The notes: a model not told the origin generated them from the letters alone. A stretch of DNA of 59,665 nt, filler included, from Jimgerdemannia flammicorona (GCA_003990765.1; 3 parts of 3 records of this genome joined end to end with filler, not necessarily neighbours in it), one strand, 5' to 3'; shown: positions 1 to 13,800, counted from the whole stretch's first letter. Translations and numbers: made by a program.

Positions 1-119
1 TTTTTATACAGTCACTTGGACTCCATCTTTATTACCAGTCTATGAATAAGTATACAATATCACCACCTACTATCCAATCCCCATAGGGGAGCCCCTCCCC
101 ACCCCTTCACGAATAAAGA

Positions 120-3100
120 TCACTCTTTCACCAATGACTCTAATCCTCCTACCACTCTGTCCACAGATTTTCTTAACCAAGTAGCACCTCTGACCCTCCT
201 GTAGCCCCCAACCAAGTCACCAGCCTGTCAAGGTGTCTTCCATAAGTCTCTGCCACCATGACAGCTGGCTCCCCAAGCTCTGTTGTCTCTCATCCTTGAA
301 AACAAATAGCTAATAACTAGCCAGTTCAACCCAAATAGCCAATGCCCAATCTAAGGTAATTCACTCCTTTCCTACCCCTCCTACCAATCAATCTCTCAAG
401 TCCTCCCACCTCCCTCATACTTTATCCCTCCTATACCTCACCCCCAAGTAGTCTCCGATGATCCACCAAAAGTCTCCCAACATCTCACACTCTCTTAGCC
501 AATGTTCTGATGTCTGTACCAAGCCCCCTTCCTGCTCTACATTGTGGCACTCCTCACAGTTGAAGCAACCCCCAATGATAAGGTGCCCTGAGTGGAAGTT
601 GAGCATTACATTCCTTCTCAGCATGCACCATCAGACCACCCAGTACTTTGGTGGCATCCATTTTCATACTGTGGCACTCTAGATCCAAACACCTTACCAG
701 TTCCACTCTTCTCCAATTCCAACTCCTTGCCAACTGCTAGGCCACAGATCCTGGCCTGGTCCCCTCTGGCATTCTATTTCATTATCAATGTCAAACTCAA
801 GTAAAGGCATATCACCCAGCAGTATGCCATCCCATCCCCACATCGCTAGGTCCCAAGCCTCCTCTCCCTCATTCCCCTGCCAGCAAATACCAATGCAGTG
901 TGCCCCCTCCACTATCCCCCACCAGAAACCTCTTATTGTATATAATTGTGCAGTGTTCTGAAGTCCAACCAATGAGAGAAGATCACCAGTTGAGCCTCTC
1001 AGTGAAGACTGCCTCTCCCAGACCTTCTGTAGCAGAGGAACCCAACCCCCTCCTCACAACTCCACCACCCTCTTAAGCCACCATGCCCTCAAGCAGTATA
1101 GTTATTTGGGAAAGTCCACCAGCCCAAGACCACCTCTTGCCACCAGTAGGGACAAGGTCTCCCAACCAATCTGACTCTATCTGCCAGCCCAAATCCATCC
1201 CTTGGCCACCTTCACCAATCTCTTCACCACCTAGGCCGGGAAGTCCAGATGATAAGCCAAATACCACAGCTTTAGTAGCCAATATACATTCAAAATTGAG
1301 ACTCATCCTACCAGAGAAAAGTGTCTTCCCCCCCAACCCCACAGGTCCTCCTCCCAAATTCCAATTCACTGCTCCCACCAAAGCCTGGGCAGAACTGACC
1401 CATAGACTGACAAATAGATGCCCAAGTACTGCACTGCCTCACCAGTGGGGACAATTGTTCCTATAATGTCTCCTCCCATCAGGCCATTGCCTAGCACTAT
1501 TGTTTCATACTTGTGCCAATTCAGCTTCACCCCAGAGTTCTCCTTATACCACTCCACTGTCTTCTTGAGCTCTTCAACATCAGCAATTGATTCCAAACCA
1601 ACCACCATGTCATCCACAAAGGCCCCAACTTTCCACCCAATGCTATAGATAGAGAGCCCCACTATCTGCTGCCTAATTCTGTCCATTAGGGGTTCCAGAA
1701 AAAGAGCATACAAGATGGGGGACAGTGGGTCCCCCTGGGGCACCCCCCTACCCAGAGAGAACACTACCCCTCTATGCCCATTACATATGAGTGCAGCCCT
1801 ACTCCTTTCCAGTAGGCTGATCATTGCTGACCCAAATTGGATTGGAACCCCCATTCTATCCAATACTTTCGCCAGCCAGACTCATCACACCCAGTCATAA
1901 GCCTTCTCCTGGTCCAAGAAGACTAGTCACCCATCCAGTCTACAGGCTCTAGCCTCTTCAATAACTCCATGTACCCAGGCTGTGCCATCTTAAATGAGCC
2001 GACCACCCACAAATCCCCTCTGCTCAATCTCTACAACTTGCTAGACTACCTTCTGTAGCCTTGCAACCACTACCTTAGTCACCAACTTTCTGTCCATATC
2101 TAGCAACATTATTGGCCACCAGTTCTTCCAATTCTCTCGCCTTCCTTTGTTCTTATAAAGCAGCATCACCAGCCCCAGATTCTGCTCCCCCACCCATCTC
2201 CCTGTCTGCAATATAGAGTCACACAATGCTATCAACTCTCCTATCACTCCTGGGACTCCAACCATTCACTTCCAGAAGTCCCAGAGTAGGCCATTCTCCC
2301 CAGGTGCTGTACCTGAGGCTGTCATGGCAAGAATATGGTAGATCTCATCCTCCTTTACTAGTATCACCAGGTCATCTAGTCCTGCAACTTGGGGTGGGTG
2401 CCAATCCTCCCATGTTCAGTCAATGGCAGTAGCATCCACCCCACCCTCCTCCTCACTCCACAATCCACTCTATTGCTCCTTTAGTGATCCAAGAATATCC
2501 TGTACACTATGCACTAGTATCCCATCTGAGTTAAGTACCCCTTCCCACCATTGCTGTACCCTTCTTGCCCTAAGGGTCCTCATGAGAAACTTGGAAGGTC
2601 TCTCCCCTTCCTTCAGCTCCTACCAATGAAGCCTTGCCACCAAGCTTTGCACCCTCATCTCTTCCTCTTCCCGCAGCATCTGTTGTAGTTCCCCAACCTC
2701 TAACTTTGCTCTCATTACCCTCCAATCTTCTTCTCCCTCCACTATCTCCAATCTCGCCCACTCCTCCAGAAGCCTAGCCAATCTAGTAGAAGCCCAGTGC
2801 ACTCTCTGCCATTGCTGCTTTCCTGCTACCTTGCCAGCCTCACTCCAGTACATCCTGGCCATCTCTTTCATTCTCATCCACCAAACCCCAATCAAGACAC
2901 CTTCCTGCCACCAGTTCTCCACCCTTAGCTGAATGTCTTTAGCCCACTCCTCCCACCAGGACTCATCATCTAACAAGGAGGAATTTAGGCGCCAATGTCC
3001 AGGCCCATCCCCACTTCCCCCAAAGCACCCCTGTCCCAAAAGGCCCCAGTGATCTGACCATGGATACCATTCCACCTCCAGCAACTTTCAAACATCCTAG

Positions 3101-3728
3101 CCCCAATAATTGGCCATCAGAACCCAGTCGATCCTTGTCCCCAGGCCTCCAGCCCAATGCATATATACCCTCCTATTCCCCCAGTACTCTCTACCAGTAT
3201 CTACCAGTGCTCCTAGTCTTTTGACTTCCTCCCACATCACCAGCCCCCTACTCCTGCTCTCAGCACCCCATCCTCCATCAGTTCTATCCATCTGTATATC
3301 CTGAACTATATTGAAATCTCCCCCAAGCATATCCACTCCAGCCTCTGCCAGAATCCCACTCTCCTGGAGACCCTTCACCCAATCTACATACTCCTCCCTT
3401 ATGGCAGGGCAGTAATAGGAGCCAACTATAACTGGCTCCCAGCCTGCATGAATCCATTACCCCAGACCAGCCTCTTCCCCCAGCTCCTCACATCTCTTAT
3501 CTCCCCTCTGCCTTTCTGAATCAGAATCCTGACCATGTTATTCCAAATCACCATGCCACCCTATTCTTTTGTCCATTCCATTCTATCAGAGTCATCCTCA
3601 CACCAGACATCCTGCAAAAGAAAGAGATTGGCCTCCAATCTCTTTAGCCAAATAAAAATATTCCTACATCTAACAGCACCCCATAGTCTATTCATATTCA
3701 AAGAGAAAATATTGGTTGTACTGTTCAT
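120..3728 (-). pseudogene. LINE ORF2: AP endonuclease + reverse transcriptase + C-terminal Cys/His motif
   Basis: Motifs MNSTTNIFSLN, LLQD, GGDFN, RIDW, SDH (endonuclease); GRGVPQGDPLSP, AFVDD, YLGI (RT); CFNC...HWLREC. Several premature stops. Confidence 0.92.
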
Positions 3729-3758
3729 AATGAAATACAATTTGTTATCAGTTGATCT

Positions 3759-5784
3759 CTACTGCTCCATGCTCATCTCCTCCTATACCATGTCCAGATT
3801 ATGTTCCACCATCACCTCCTCCTCTTCAGCCCTCTGAGCCTCCAATCCAGCCAACAGCTCATTCATCTCTCTATCTGCCTTCTCCTCAAACTCCTCCCAG
3901 TACTTAATGCAAGCCTTCTACCAAAGCTGCAATCTATGACACTTGTTCCAACAGTACTCAGCCCTCTCCCCAGTGACAACCACCATCTCTGCCTCCCACT
4001 CCTTGTCCACCCTATACCCTTCCTCCTCCAGATATACTACGAGAATTTCCACCTTCAGTGCCATCATCACTCCATCCCCCTGCAAAATCCATGCCCAGTA
4101 CTCATCACACATCACTCGCAAGTCCACCTCCCCCAACTCTTCTGCTGCCAGGTTATTCATCATCCTGTACATCCAAAGTAGGTTCCCCACCTCCTTCCCT
4201 CCAGGGGTCACCAGTCTCCCTCTATCCAGTATTGTGGTATTGGCTCCAGCACTCGCAGCCTCATCCCACACCTCCGGGACATCCACCAGTTCCTCCTCCC
4301 CATCTGCCACCACACATCCCCTGTCCATTACCTCTGGAATACCGAATTTCACCCAATGGGTCCCCAGCATTATCACATCCTCCACCATCTTATTCCTAGA
4401 AGCCAGGCCTCACCTGATAAGAGGAGAAGGAGTGGGGGAATCCTCCCAGATCTCATCCCAAACCTCCAAGGTGCCATCAGCATATGGGTCAATAACCTTC
4501 ACCTCCTTCACCTTCCCTGTCTCCTCCTTGGCATTCCCACTTCTCTTGCCAGCCCAGATACTCACTTTGGCTCCTTCCACATCTATCATCTTGCTCACAT
4601 CCTCCTGTGGTCAGTTCCCCAGTTTAGCCAGCAGATCCTTCTGTCTCTTATGTCCCTGAGCCCTTTCCTACTGCATCTTGTTCACTTGAATCCTCTTTCC
4701 ATCCACTATCTCCAGATGCGTTGACTCCATGAAAGCCTTCTAAGCCTTTACTTGCCACTCCACAGTACTATCCAATTCTTCCAGCACTTCCAATAAATCC
4801 TCTTCCTCCTCTTCACTTCTTTTCACCCTCATCACCTTGCACAAGATTGCTCTCCAGACCATCACCAAAGGCCAGTCCCTTGCCTTCCCAGTAGCTTCTT
4901 TCCTAGCCAGCCGAATCCTCACATCCACATCCCCAGTTTTGAGCAAGGTCCCTTCCCAGACCCTGAATCCAATATCCACCACCTCTCCATACTCTACCAT
5001 GACATCCTCAACTCTCTTTCTCATCTCCATCACCATCACTGTGGGCACTCCTTTCACCAGCAGTTGGACCACCCTTGGATCCCATTTCAGACACCTTGTC
5101 ATCAGAACACACACCTCCCCAACCACCAATCCAACCTTCAAAGCCTCCTCTAGTAGCTCAGCCTCCTCAAAACTCACCTCCACACCCTCTAGTCCCTTCA
5201 AAAACTTCACTGACGTGGCTCCTACCACCTGCTTAGCAATAAGCCCCAGCACTATTTTCACCATTACTGCTAAGCCCCAGAAGCACAATGTAACTACAAA
5301 CACTGAGATCAATTTTTTGAGTAACGGGGCCACTGCTAGGCCCATCATGCCATCTGCCAAATCTCCTTGTCTTCCAAGCCTCAGCCGCTCAGCCTCATCA
5401 GCAGCTGTTATATCTGGATTTTTTTCCAGATTAGCAGTCTTGTTACCATCAGCAGTCCCACTCCCCCCAGCTGCTACTTCCCCAGCTCCACTACCCCCCT
5501 TCTCAAGGGCTACTCTCCCATGCACTGCCACCTTCTCAGTCTCCTTGCCCCTCCTCAGCCAGCCCTCCAGCCCTGACACCTGCTGCCTCCCCTTCACTGT
5601 CTCTATAAAGCTCGCTCTCCCAGACCCTTGTCTACCACCAATACCTCCACCTCTTCCATGTCCTCCCACCAGCAGCCCCCTCATGCCCCCCCCCCAGGCC
5701 TGGGCCCCTCCCCACCTGCTGCCATTCGAAAGTACTTGGGCTGCCCTACCCAGTATATACCTCAGATTGCCTGTTGGTCACCAT
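3759..5784 (-). pseudogene. LINE ORF1 (gag-like; probable RRM-like region), interrupted by stops
   Basis: Fragments 4740-5684, 4410-4598 and 3918-4388 are homologous to the better preserved ORF1 at 39845-41156. Lies directly upstream of ORF2. Confidence 0.85.
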
Positions 5785-5863
5785 ATTGTTAGTCTCTTTT
5801 CTCCAAAAACGATGTTGTAAGTACCTTCCAAAGGTTGTGTAACCTGAATGGTACTGGAGAAAG

Positions 5864-8829
5864 ATGTATTTGACCATATTGAAGTCTTTGCCAAGTATAT
5901 CTACTCTAGTCTCTATGAGTGCCCCACTCTCCTAGAGACTCTTCACCTAATCCACACACTCACCCTGCACAGCAGGATAGTAGCAAGATCCCACTATAAC
6001 TGGCTTTCAACCAATTCATATTCACTTTCTCCAAACCAGTCTGTCTCCCTAGCTTCTTATATCTCATACCTCTCCTCTGCCTTTCTGGACCAGAATTCCA
6101 ACCTTGTACTTCCAAACTACCTTACCTCTCTATTTCTTTGTCCATTTCAGTCTATCCAAATTATCCTCACATCTGACATTCTACAAAAGAAATAGATCAG
6201 CTTCTAATCTCTTCAGTTAAGCAAAAATATTCTAATATCAAAATGAACCCTGTAGCCCATTTACATTCAAAGAGAAAATATTAGTTATACTGTTCATAAG
6301 AAATGTTGTAAAATATCAAATACATTCTCTACTGCTCCATATTCATCTTCTCCTATATCAAGTCTAAGTTGTGTTCAGCAGACTCTTCTAATCTATCCAG
6401 TAGTGCAGTCATTTCTCTATTTTTCTTTTCCTCAAAATCCTCATGATACTCTAGATAGGCCTTCTGCCAGAGCTATAATCTATAATGCTTTGCCCAATAG
6501 AAGGCAGCCTGCTCACTAGTAGCATCTGCCAGCTCAGCCTCCTTCTCCTTATCTACCTCATATCTCTCCTCCTCTAGGAAAACTACAAGCACCTCTGCCT
6601 TCAATACCTCCACCACTCCATTATTACACATGATCTTCACCCAATGCTCATCACTCATCACTCTTAGGTCTACTTCTCCCAGCTCTTCAGCCACAAAGTT
6701 GTTCATTATTCAGCATATCTATAGTAGGTTTCCCATCTCCATCCCTCCAGGAGTCACTGGCCACCCTCTACCCAGCATTTATGTATCCTCTCCTATACTT
6801 GCCTTCTCATCCCACTCCTCTTCAGAGATATCCACCAGCTCATCCTCACTGGCTGCTCCCACTTGTCCCTCTTTCACTACCTCAGAGACTCCAAAGTGTA
6901 CTCACTGTGCTCTCTACATAGATACATTCTCTACCACTCTGCCTCTTAAAGCTGGACCTTACCTAATAAGAAGAGTAAGAGTATGGGAGTCTTCCTAGAT
7001 CTCAAACATACCATCTGTATATGGGTCATTGCCAGCTGCCTCCTTATTCTCTCCTTACTCCTTCTCTATATTTCCTCTACTCTCACTGGCTCAGACACTT
7101 GCTTTAGCTCCCCTCATGTCCTCAATTCTACCAGCATCCTTCTTTGTCCTACTCTCCAGATTTGTCAGCAGCTCTCTCTACCTCTTACATCCTTGGAACC
7201 TTTTTTACAGCTCCTTATTTACTCATATCTGCTTCCCATCTACCACTTCCAAGTGTGTTGACTCTATATATATCTTCCAAGTCTTCATCCTCTGCTCCAC
7301 TGTACTACTCAACTCCTCTAGTGCCTCTAATAAATCCTCTTTCTCCTTCTCACTCCTCTTTAGCCTTATTACCTTGCATAGAAATATCCCCCAGACCATT
7401 ACTAAAGGCCAGTCTCTAGCCTTCCCAGTAGCTTTTTTTTCTACCAACTAAATCTTAATATCAATATCCCCAGTTCTGAATGAAGTCCCTTCCCAGACCT
7501 GGAATCTAATATCAACTACCTCTCTATACTTGGCCATGACTTCCTCAACTCTTCTCTTTATCTCTACAGTGGTTACTGTAGACACTCTTTTTATCAGCAA
7601 TTGTACCACTCTGGGGTTCTATCTCAAACAGTGCACTATCAGAATATACATCTCTCTAGTACTCCCAAACAAGTTGAATCAATTTGAATTGAATCAAATT
7701 GAGGGTTAAATGAGTCAAATTGAATTGGGGATTTTTTAATTTGAATCAATTCGAATCGAATCAAAAGTTGAATTGAATTGAGGGTCTAATTTGAACCCTA
7801 ATTTTCAAAATGCAATAACTCAGCGTAAACTCATCCAAATCTAACGTACTTTAGCTTGTTAGATTCACCGTATTAATGTGATTCTACCAAGCTAAAGTAT
7901 GTTAAATTTGGATGAGTTTTCGTCAAGTTATTACATTTTGAAAATTAAGGTTTAAATCAAACTTCGAATCAAATTGGACCTTTGATTCGATTTGATTTGA
8001 ATCAAATTGGACCCTTGATTCGATCGAATCAAATCAAGTTTGGGCCAAATTCGATTCAATTCAATTTGCTGGGAGTACTACATCTCCCCAATAGTCAGTC
8101 TAGTCTTCAGTATGTCCTCCAATAGTCCAGCCTCCTCAAAGCCCACCTCTACTCCTTTTAATCTCTTTAGAAACTTCACAGATACTGCTCCAGCCACCTG
8201 CTTAGCAATCAGCCCCAGCACTATTTTCACTGTCACTGCTAAGCCCCAGAAGTACAAACTAACCACAAACTCTAAGATTAACTTCTTGAGTAACAGGACT
8301 ACTACTAGGCCCATTATGCTATCCACCAGATCCTCCATCCATCTAAGCCCCATCCTCTCAGTCCTACCATCAGCAGTCATATCTGGATTTTTTTCTAGAT
8401 TGGCAGTTCCATTGCCATCAGCCATCATACTCACTTCAGCCCCTATATCCCCAGCTCTACTGTCTCTACTATCAAGGGCTGCTCCCCTATACTCTGTAGT
8501 CTTTACTATCTTCTTGCCTTTTCTTAACCAACTCTTTAGCTCTGAAGCTAGCTGTCCCTCCTTCACCATATCTATGAAGCTTGTCCTCTCTGTCCTCTGT
8601 CCACCAACTCTACTCCTTCCCCTTTCATGACCTTCTGCCAGTAGACTCCTCATACTTCTCCCCAAGTCAGAGCCCTTTCTTACATACTGCCAGTCAAATA
8701 TACTAGAGCCACCCTACCCAGTATATACCTCAGAATACCTGTCAGTCATTATGTTAAGTCTCTTTTCTCCAAAAATAATGTTGTGAGTATTGCTTAAAGG
8801 TTGTGTAACCTGAATGTTACTAGAGAGAG
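5864..8829 (-). mobile_element. LINE copy L2 (5' end, ORF1, start of endonuclease), cut off by L1 and carrying a MITE
   Basis: Homology to ORF1 (e.g. 8078-8665, 7223-7447, 6473-6706). Ends just after the (G)DFN endonuclease motif, where the 5' end of L1 begins. Confidence 0.85.
7657..8080. mobile_element. hAT-type MITE (foldback)
   Basis: TIRs TAGTACTCCC...GGGAGTACTA; 8-bp TSD catctctc (7649-7656) / catctccc (8081-8088); GAATC subterminal repeats; long internal palindrome. Confidence 0.92.
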
Positions 8830-9293
8830 ATTGATCAAGATATTGGTCTATTACTTTCTATATGAGATTTTTAAAGTAATGTTGATTTTTAAAGAAATGA
8901 TATATTTTATCTAAGATAAGAAATTAATTATTGATATAGCTATTTTTGAAAATTAAAGATTAGTATTGATGAGGTTCTTTATAAATAAAGTTATTAGTTT
9001 TCTATATATGTAATTTAGAAATTTATAAAATTTAAATAATAATTAAACTTATAGTATATTTAACTCAAAAATAGCCAACTTATTTTTGAATCTGATTTAT
9101 TTTTGAAACTCAATTTAATATTCAACTTATAATCTAACTTAAAACTTAATTTAATCTTAAAATTATCTTATATATATTTTTTAAAAAGTATATATTAAGA
9201 TATTAATTATTCTAACTTAATATATAAATATATGATATCTATCAATATTATACTTATATTTATATCATCAATTATTATATTATATATATATAT

Positions 9294-10826
9294 TGTCATG
9301 TAGTGGTTGCTGAGTCCTTCAAATATATCAGATTCTCTTCAAGGTATATCTCTTAGACTAACTTAAGTTTGTTATAAGTAAGTTCTTATTAGAGTGCCTT
9401 CCTAAAGTCTTATAGTTCTCAAACTTCTTATCTTTAACTATCTTGTTATCTCTTAGATTGCTTGCAAGGAAGTGTGTATATTACACTAAGTAGACTGACT
9501 TTATTTCAGAAGAAATAAGAGGAGTATTTATACAAAATATAATTCAATGGTTACTAAGATATAAAGCTAAATATAAATTCCAATAACTAAAACTACTAAG
9601 TTCTAGGGTCAGTACTGATAGTTGTACAGGTTCAGGATGCTGGTATAATTCAGTATTATATCAGAATACCAGTGCTGGTATTATTTAGTGTTATATCAAA
9701 ATACTGATACAGGAACAATTCTGTGTCACCTCAGAATACTGGTGCTGGTATTATCCAGTGTAACAAGAGACTTAGAACAGAATGTTCAAGACCATGGGGG
9801 CTTTATCCTTGTCATCAGAGATCAGGATATCTTTAAAGGAGATAAAGTCTATAAATATTTCGTTAAGATTATGTAGGTTGCATGAGATGACATCATTGCT
9901 AATGACATTATCATATTCAGCAGCGACAGGAACAAGGAGATCTGGAGCTCTCTAGTCTATGAGATTCTCTTCCACAAAATAGGGGACAAATGTGGGGTCT
10001 TGGGGAGGTCTAACCTAGATGCTTAGGCCTTGGAATACTGAGATCAATCCTTGCAGGAATTGGTCTGGGTTGTCTTGGAGGATGGGGTACCAGAAGTCTT
10101 CTACTTCATCACTATTGAGGGTGATAGTAGACTGGGCTTCTGTAGCCACCCTGGCTTCTAGTGCATTGATATGGTGGGATGATAGGTCTCTGAAGTCTGA
10201 GACTCTGACATACTCCAAGTTAGAGATCGACTATGGCACATGCCTGAAGATCTGATGGATCTTCTTAGCTATTCTTGTCTCGCATATATCTATGGGAGTG
10301 GCATCTTGTAGCTCTTGAGAGCTGGCCTGTGGGAACTCCCAGCAGAGGAGGTTTTCTATTTTATACTCCTGCTATATTTAGAGGTATTCAGTGACAATGG
10401 TGATCCTTGTTTCCATTTCATAGTAGTAGAGGATATAATGATAAGAGTCACCAGTACTCAGGTTGATACTAGGAGTCCTTCTTGAGTAGGTCCTCATAGC
10501 TCTTCTGATGTCTTGGAATATATTTTCTTTGACTGAGGTGCCTTGGTAGTTCCTTGACCTTGAGGTTTGGCAGGCAGCAGGCATTTCATTTATAGTAAGT
10601 CTTTGAGCTATTTTGGAATTGGTAGGTCTTGTTGGTTGCTGCTACTGTAGTTCCTTGATCCTTCTTTTATATTCCTCAAGATACTCATACTGAGGTCACA
10701 ATGACTTACAGTTGGTCATCATTGCTTATCTAATATGCCATATGATCTTCTTGTGCTCCAATCTGGTGGCTTGTAAGGAAAGGCTGTCTCCTATACTGAT
10801 GTCATCATTCTGGGGTCACCATTATA
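9294..10826 (-). repeat. Family A 3' LTR
   Basis: Direct repeat of 16129-17628; polypurine tract (AGGAGGAAGA on the minus strand) abuts it. Confidence 0.9.
9772..10584 (-). pseudogene. LTR-encoded ~270-aa ORF of unknown function (family A)
   Basis: Fragments 10378-10584 and 10015-10218 are in one frame. Same ORF occurs at 16574-17386, 18840-19667 and 41386-42221, with stops often at different positions. Confidence 0.75.
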
Positions 10827-10829
10827 TCT

Positions 10830-12387
10830 TCCTCCTAAATAAGGATCTTCCTGAGCATCTTTATTCATTGGTCCAGTTCTGAAAAATTTGCTGATCCCAT
10901 AACCTCTGGCAAGGGGTCAAAAAGTGGTGTTTATGGACTGGTATCTTCTCTTTGTATTTTGGCATAATGGTGAAGGGTCACTCCCTTCATATAGAGTAAG
11001 GGCTTGATTCTGATCTTGACCAATCAGTTGATAGTTTGAACTCCTCTGACTTTGAAAGTCTCACAGATGAGTAGTTACCAGTGCCATATCCCTTAGAGAA
11101 TGGTCCAGACAAATAGCCTGCTGGTTATGGGACATACTGTTACAATTTGCAGACTAGAACCTCACAGGCAGTCATCATATTTTGCTTCTCTTGTATAGAT
11201 TCATAGTACTTCTTGAGTCTGTTCCTGTGTACCATGGTAGGTAGTATGGTCTCTGAGATTTTTCTAAGCCAGAAGGTAGTTCCTTTAATATCTTGCATGT
11301 AGAAGGGTCCTTCCCATTTGGGCTCCAGTTTTCATGACCATGAGACTCCTACTATATTTTGATACAGTAGAACCTTTTCTCCAATTTAGATGAGTTCTAG
11401 GGCCTTGTGATTCTTTTCTGCATTCTTCCTTATCAGTACTTGTAACTTGGTGATATAATCTTCAGCCTTCTTTCTAATTTGGTGTAGTCTCTGGATTTCT
11501 GCATCAACCCATCTCCAAGTTAGGTCTAGATTTGTAACTGAGATTCCATCAGAATCTTCTTCTCTGAAGAGCAGCTCTCTTGGGGTAAAGTGTGTGCTCT
11601 GTGACTATATGTCTCATAGAACAGAGAGGGCAGTTGGGAGATAGTTATTCCAATTCTTATATGTCTCTGAGATCTTTGCTAGGATGTTCTTGAGGGTCTT
11701 GTTGATTCTCTCTGTCTGTTCATTTCCTTGAGGGTGGTATGTGGTGGTCTTGATGTACTGGATCTTATATTTCTGATATATTATCTCATGGAATCTATTG
11801 ACAAATTCTATGCTATGGTCTGTTGTAATTTGCTTCAGTGTCTTATAGTGGCAGATAATTTCTCAGTAGAGGAAGTCAGCTATAGAGAGGGCATTGGCCT
11901 CTTGTAATACTCCTGCCTCTATCCATTTGGTAAAGAGGTCTATAATATCTATAATATAGTGGTTTCCTGATAGTGTTACTGATAGTGGCCCAATGATATC
12001 CATTGCAATATAGTGGAAGGGGATAGGCTCAATTCTTGATAATTCAAGTATCTGGTCTTACTGATCTTGTTTTTGTTTTTGGCACTTATCACACCCTTTG
12101 ACAAATTGGTGCAGATCTTCTTCCATCTTGGGCCACTATATAGTTCTTCTTACTTTGTCATATGTATTGATTCCTCCTAAGTATCCTTGCTCATATACTT
12201 CCTTCATTACTTGATACTTCTTGTGTTCAGGTATTACTAGCTTTCCTCCTTTTCTGAGTATAGTGTTGTCTAGTTCAAACTGTTTCCAAGTCCAGTTGAT
12301 GATAGTGATTGTCCAGAGTTCAAGATGGTTGAGCATCTTCCACTGCCCAAGATAGCTGATTAATCCATAGTATAGCTCCTTATTCAT
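10830..12387 (-). pseudogene. Integrase (family A)
   Basis: WPKMEEDLHQFVKGCDKCQ zinc-binding region, DIIGPL, TTYHPQGN..TERINK core, KLEPKWEGPF (GPY/F) motif. Confidence 0.88.
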
Positions 12388-13800
12388 GTTGAATAGTCTT
12401 GATGGGGGTATTTTGGGGTGTCCTTGAGAGTGCATCAGCATTGGTATTGGTCTTTTCTGAGCAGTACTTGACAGTACAGTCATACTCTTGCAGCCTGTAG
12501 ATCCATCTGGCATATATTCCTTAGGGTTCAGAGTGTGGAATAGCTAGGCAAGAGCAGAATGGTCTGTTGAATGGTGAAGTGTTTTCTGGCTAGGTAGTAG
12601 TGGAACTTGTCTACTGTCCAAACTACTGCTAAGCATTCAAGCTTGCATGACTTGTACTTCTGTTCTGCTCCATGGGTATCTTGGCTTGCATAGGAGATGA
12701 CATATTTATATCCATCTTTCTTCTGAGCTAGGACTGCTCCAAGTCCTATAGTACTCACATCTGTCTGCAGAATGAATTCTAGGTTCCAGTCTGGTCTTCT
12801 GAGGATAGGTGCTTGGGTCAATCTGGTCTTGAGTTCATTGAAGGTTTTTTGGTACTCTTTGGTCCATTTGAATTTAGTTTCCTTCTTCAGTAGCTCATAG
12901 ATAGGTGCTGCAATATTGGAATATTCTTTGATGAATCTTCTGTAGTAGCTGACTAGTCTAAGGAAGGCATGGACTTCTGTAGTTATTCTGGGTCTTGGGT
13001 AGGCTGCAATAGTCTCAATATTCATAGGGTCTGTATGGATTTTGGTCTGGTTGATGAGGTGTCCTAGATAGGCAATTTCTTGAGCTGCAAACTTACATTT
13101 CTTGGACTTGATGTAGAGGCCATGCTCCTTGAGCTTCTTGAGGGCTAGCTGTATATGATTAACATATTCCTGTACAGTGTTGTTGAAGATAATCACATTA
13201 TCAACATAAACAAAGAGCCATTTTCCAATCTCATTGCTGAAGACTCTGTTCATTATTCGCTGGAAACTTACTGGGGCATTGCACATTCCAAATGGTATTT
13301 GTAGGTAGATATAAGTGGTATCAGGTGTGATGAAGACTGATTTCTCACTGGCATCTTGAGTGAGACCAATCTGATGGAAGCCTGAGAACAGATCCAAGGT
13401 GGTGTAGTATTTGGCTTCACTTCCAAGAGTGGTAAGGATTTCTTGAATATTTGACAAGAGCTGCCTATCCTTCTTGGTGATGGCATTGAGCTTCCTGTAG
13501 TCAATGTAGAGTCTTGGTGTAAACTCTCCAGGCTTGCTTCCTTTCTTTGGGACAAGAACAATGGGTGAAGCCCAGGGGCTGATAGCTTACTTGATAATTC
13601 TGGCTTCTTCCATTTCCTTGAGTTCTGCTTGCAGCCACTCTCTGTAGGCGGGTGGTATGAGTCTGGCTTTCTGGTAGATGGGCTTAGTATCACCAGTATC
13701 AACTTTGTTGTAGTACTTGGGTTCTTGATTGTGGATATCCCTAAAGTCTATAGCAAATACTCCTTTGTTCTGGTGCAGAATCTTGAGAAGTTGTTCCTCC
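12380..13800 (-). pseudogene. Reverse transcriptase + RNase H (family A)
   Basis: LDLFSGFHQI, PFGMCNAP, YVDN (degenerate YVDD), LQTDVS..GLGAVL, LECLAVVW, NADALSR. Confidence 0.92.

Larger units (their letters stand above)
1..5863 (-). mobile_element. Full-length L1/Tx1-like LINE, copy L1 (decayed)
   Basis: Poly(T) at position 1. 3' end matches 29501-29595 and 5' end matches four other copies. Contains ORF1 and ORF2 (APE endonuclease + RT). Confidence 0.93.

Noticed and set aside
3943..5820. Long Ser/Thr/Pro-rich plus-strand ORFs (3943-4659, 4837-5820; likewise 23600-24391, 40084-40749)
   Set aside because: Antisense shadows of the purine-rich LINE ORF1 strand; no independent coding signal.
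9620..9770. ~33-bp tandem repeats in family A LTRs as a separate element
   Set aside because: Ordinary U3 enhancer-like repeats whose copy number varies between LTRs.
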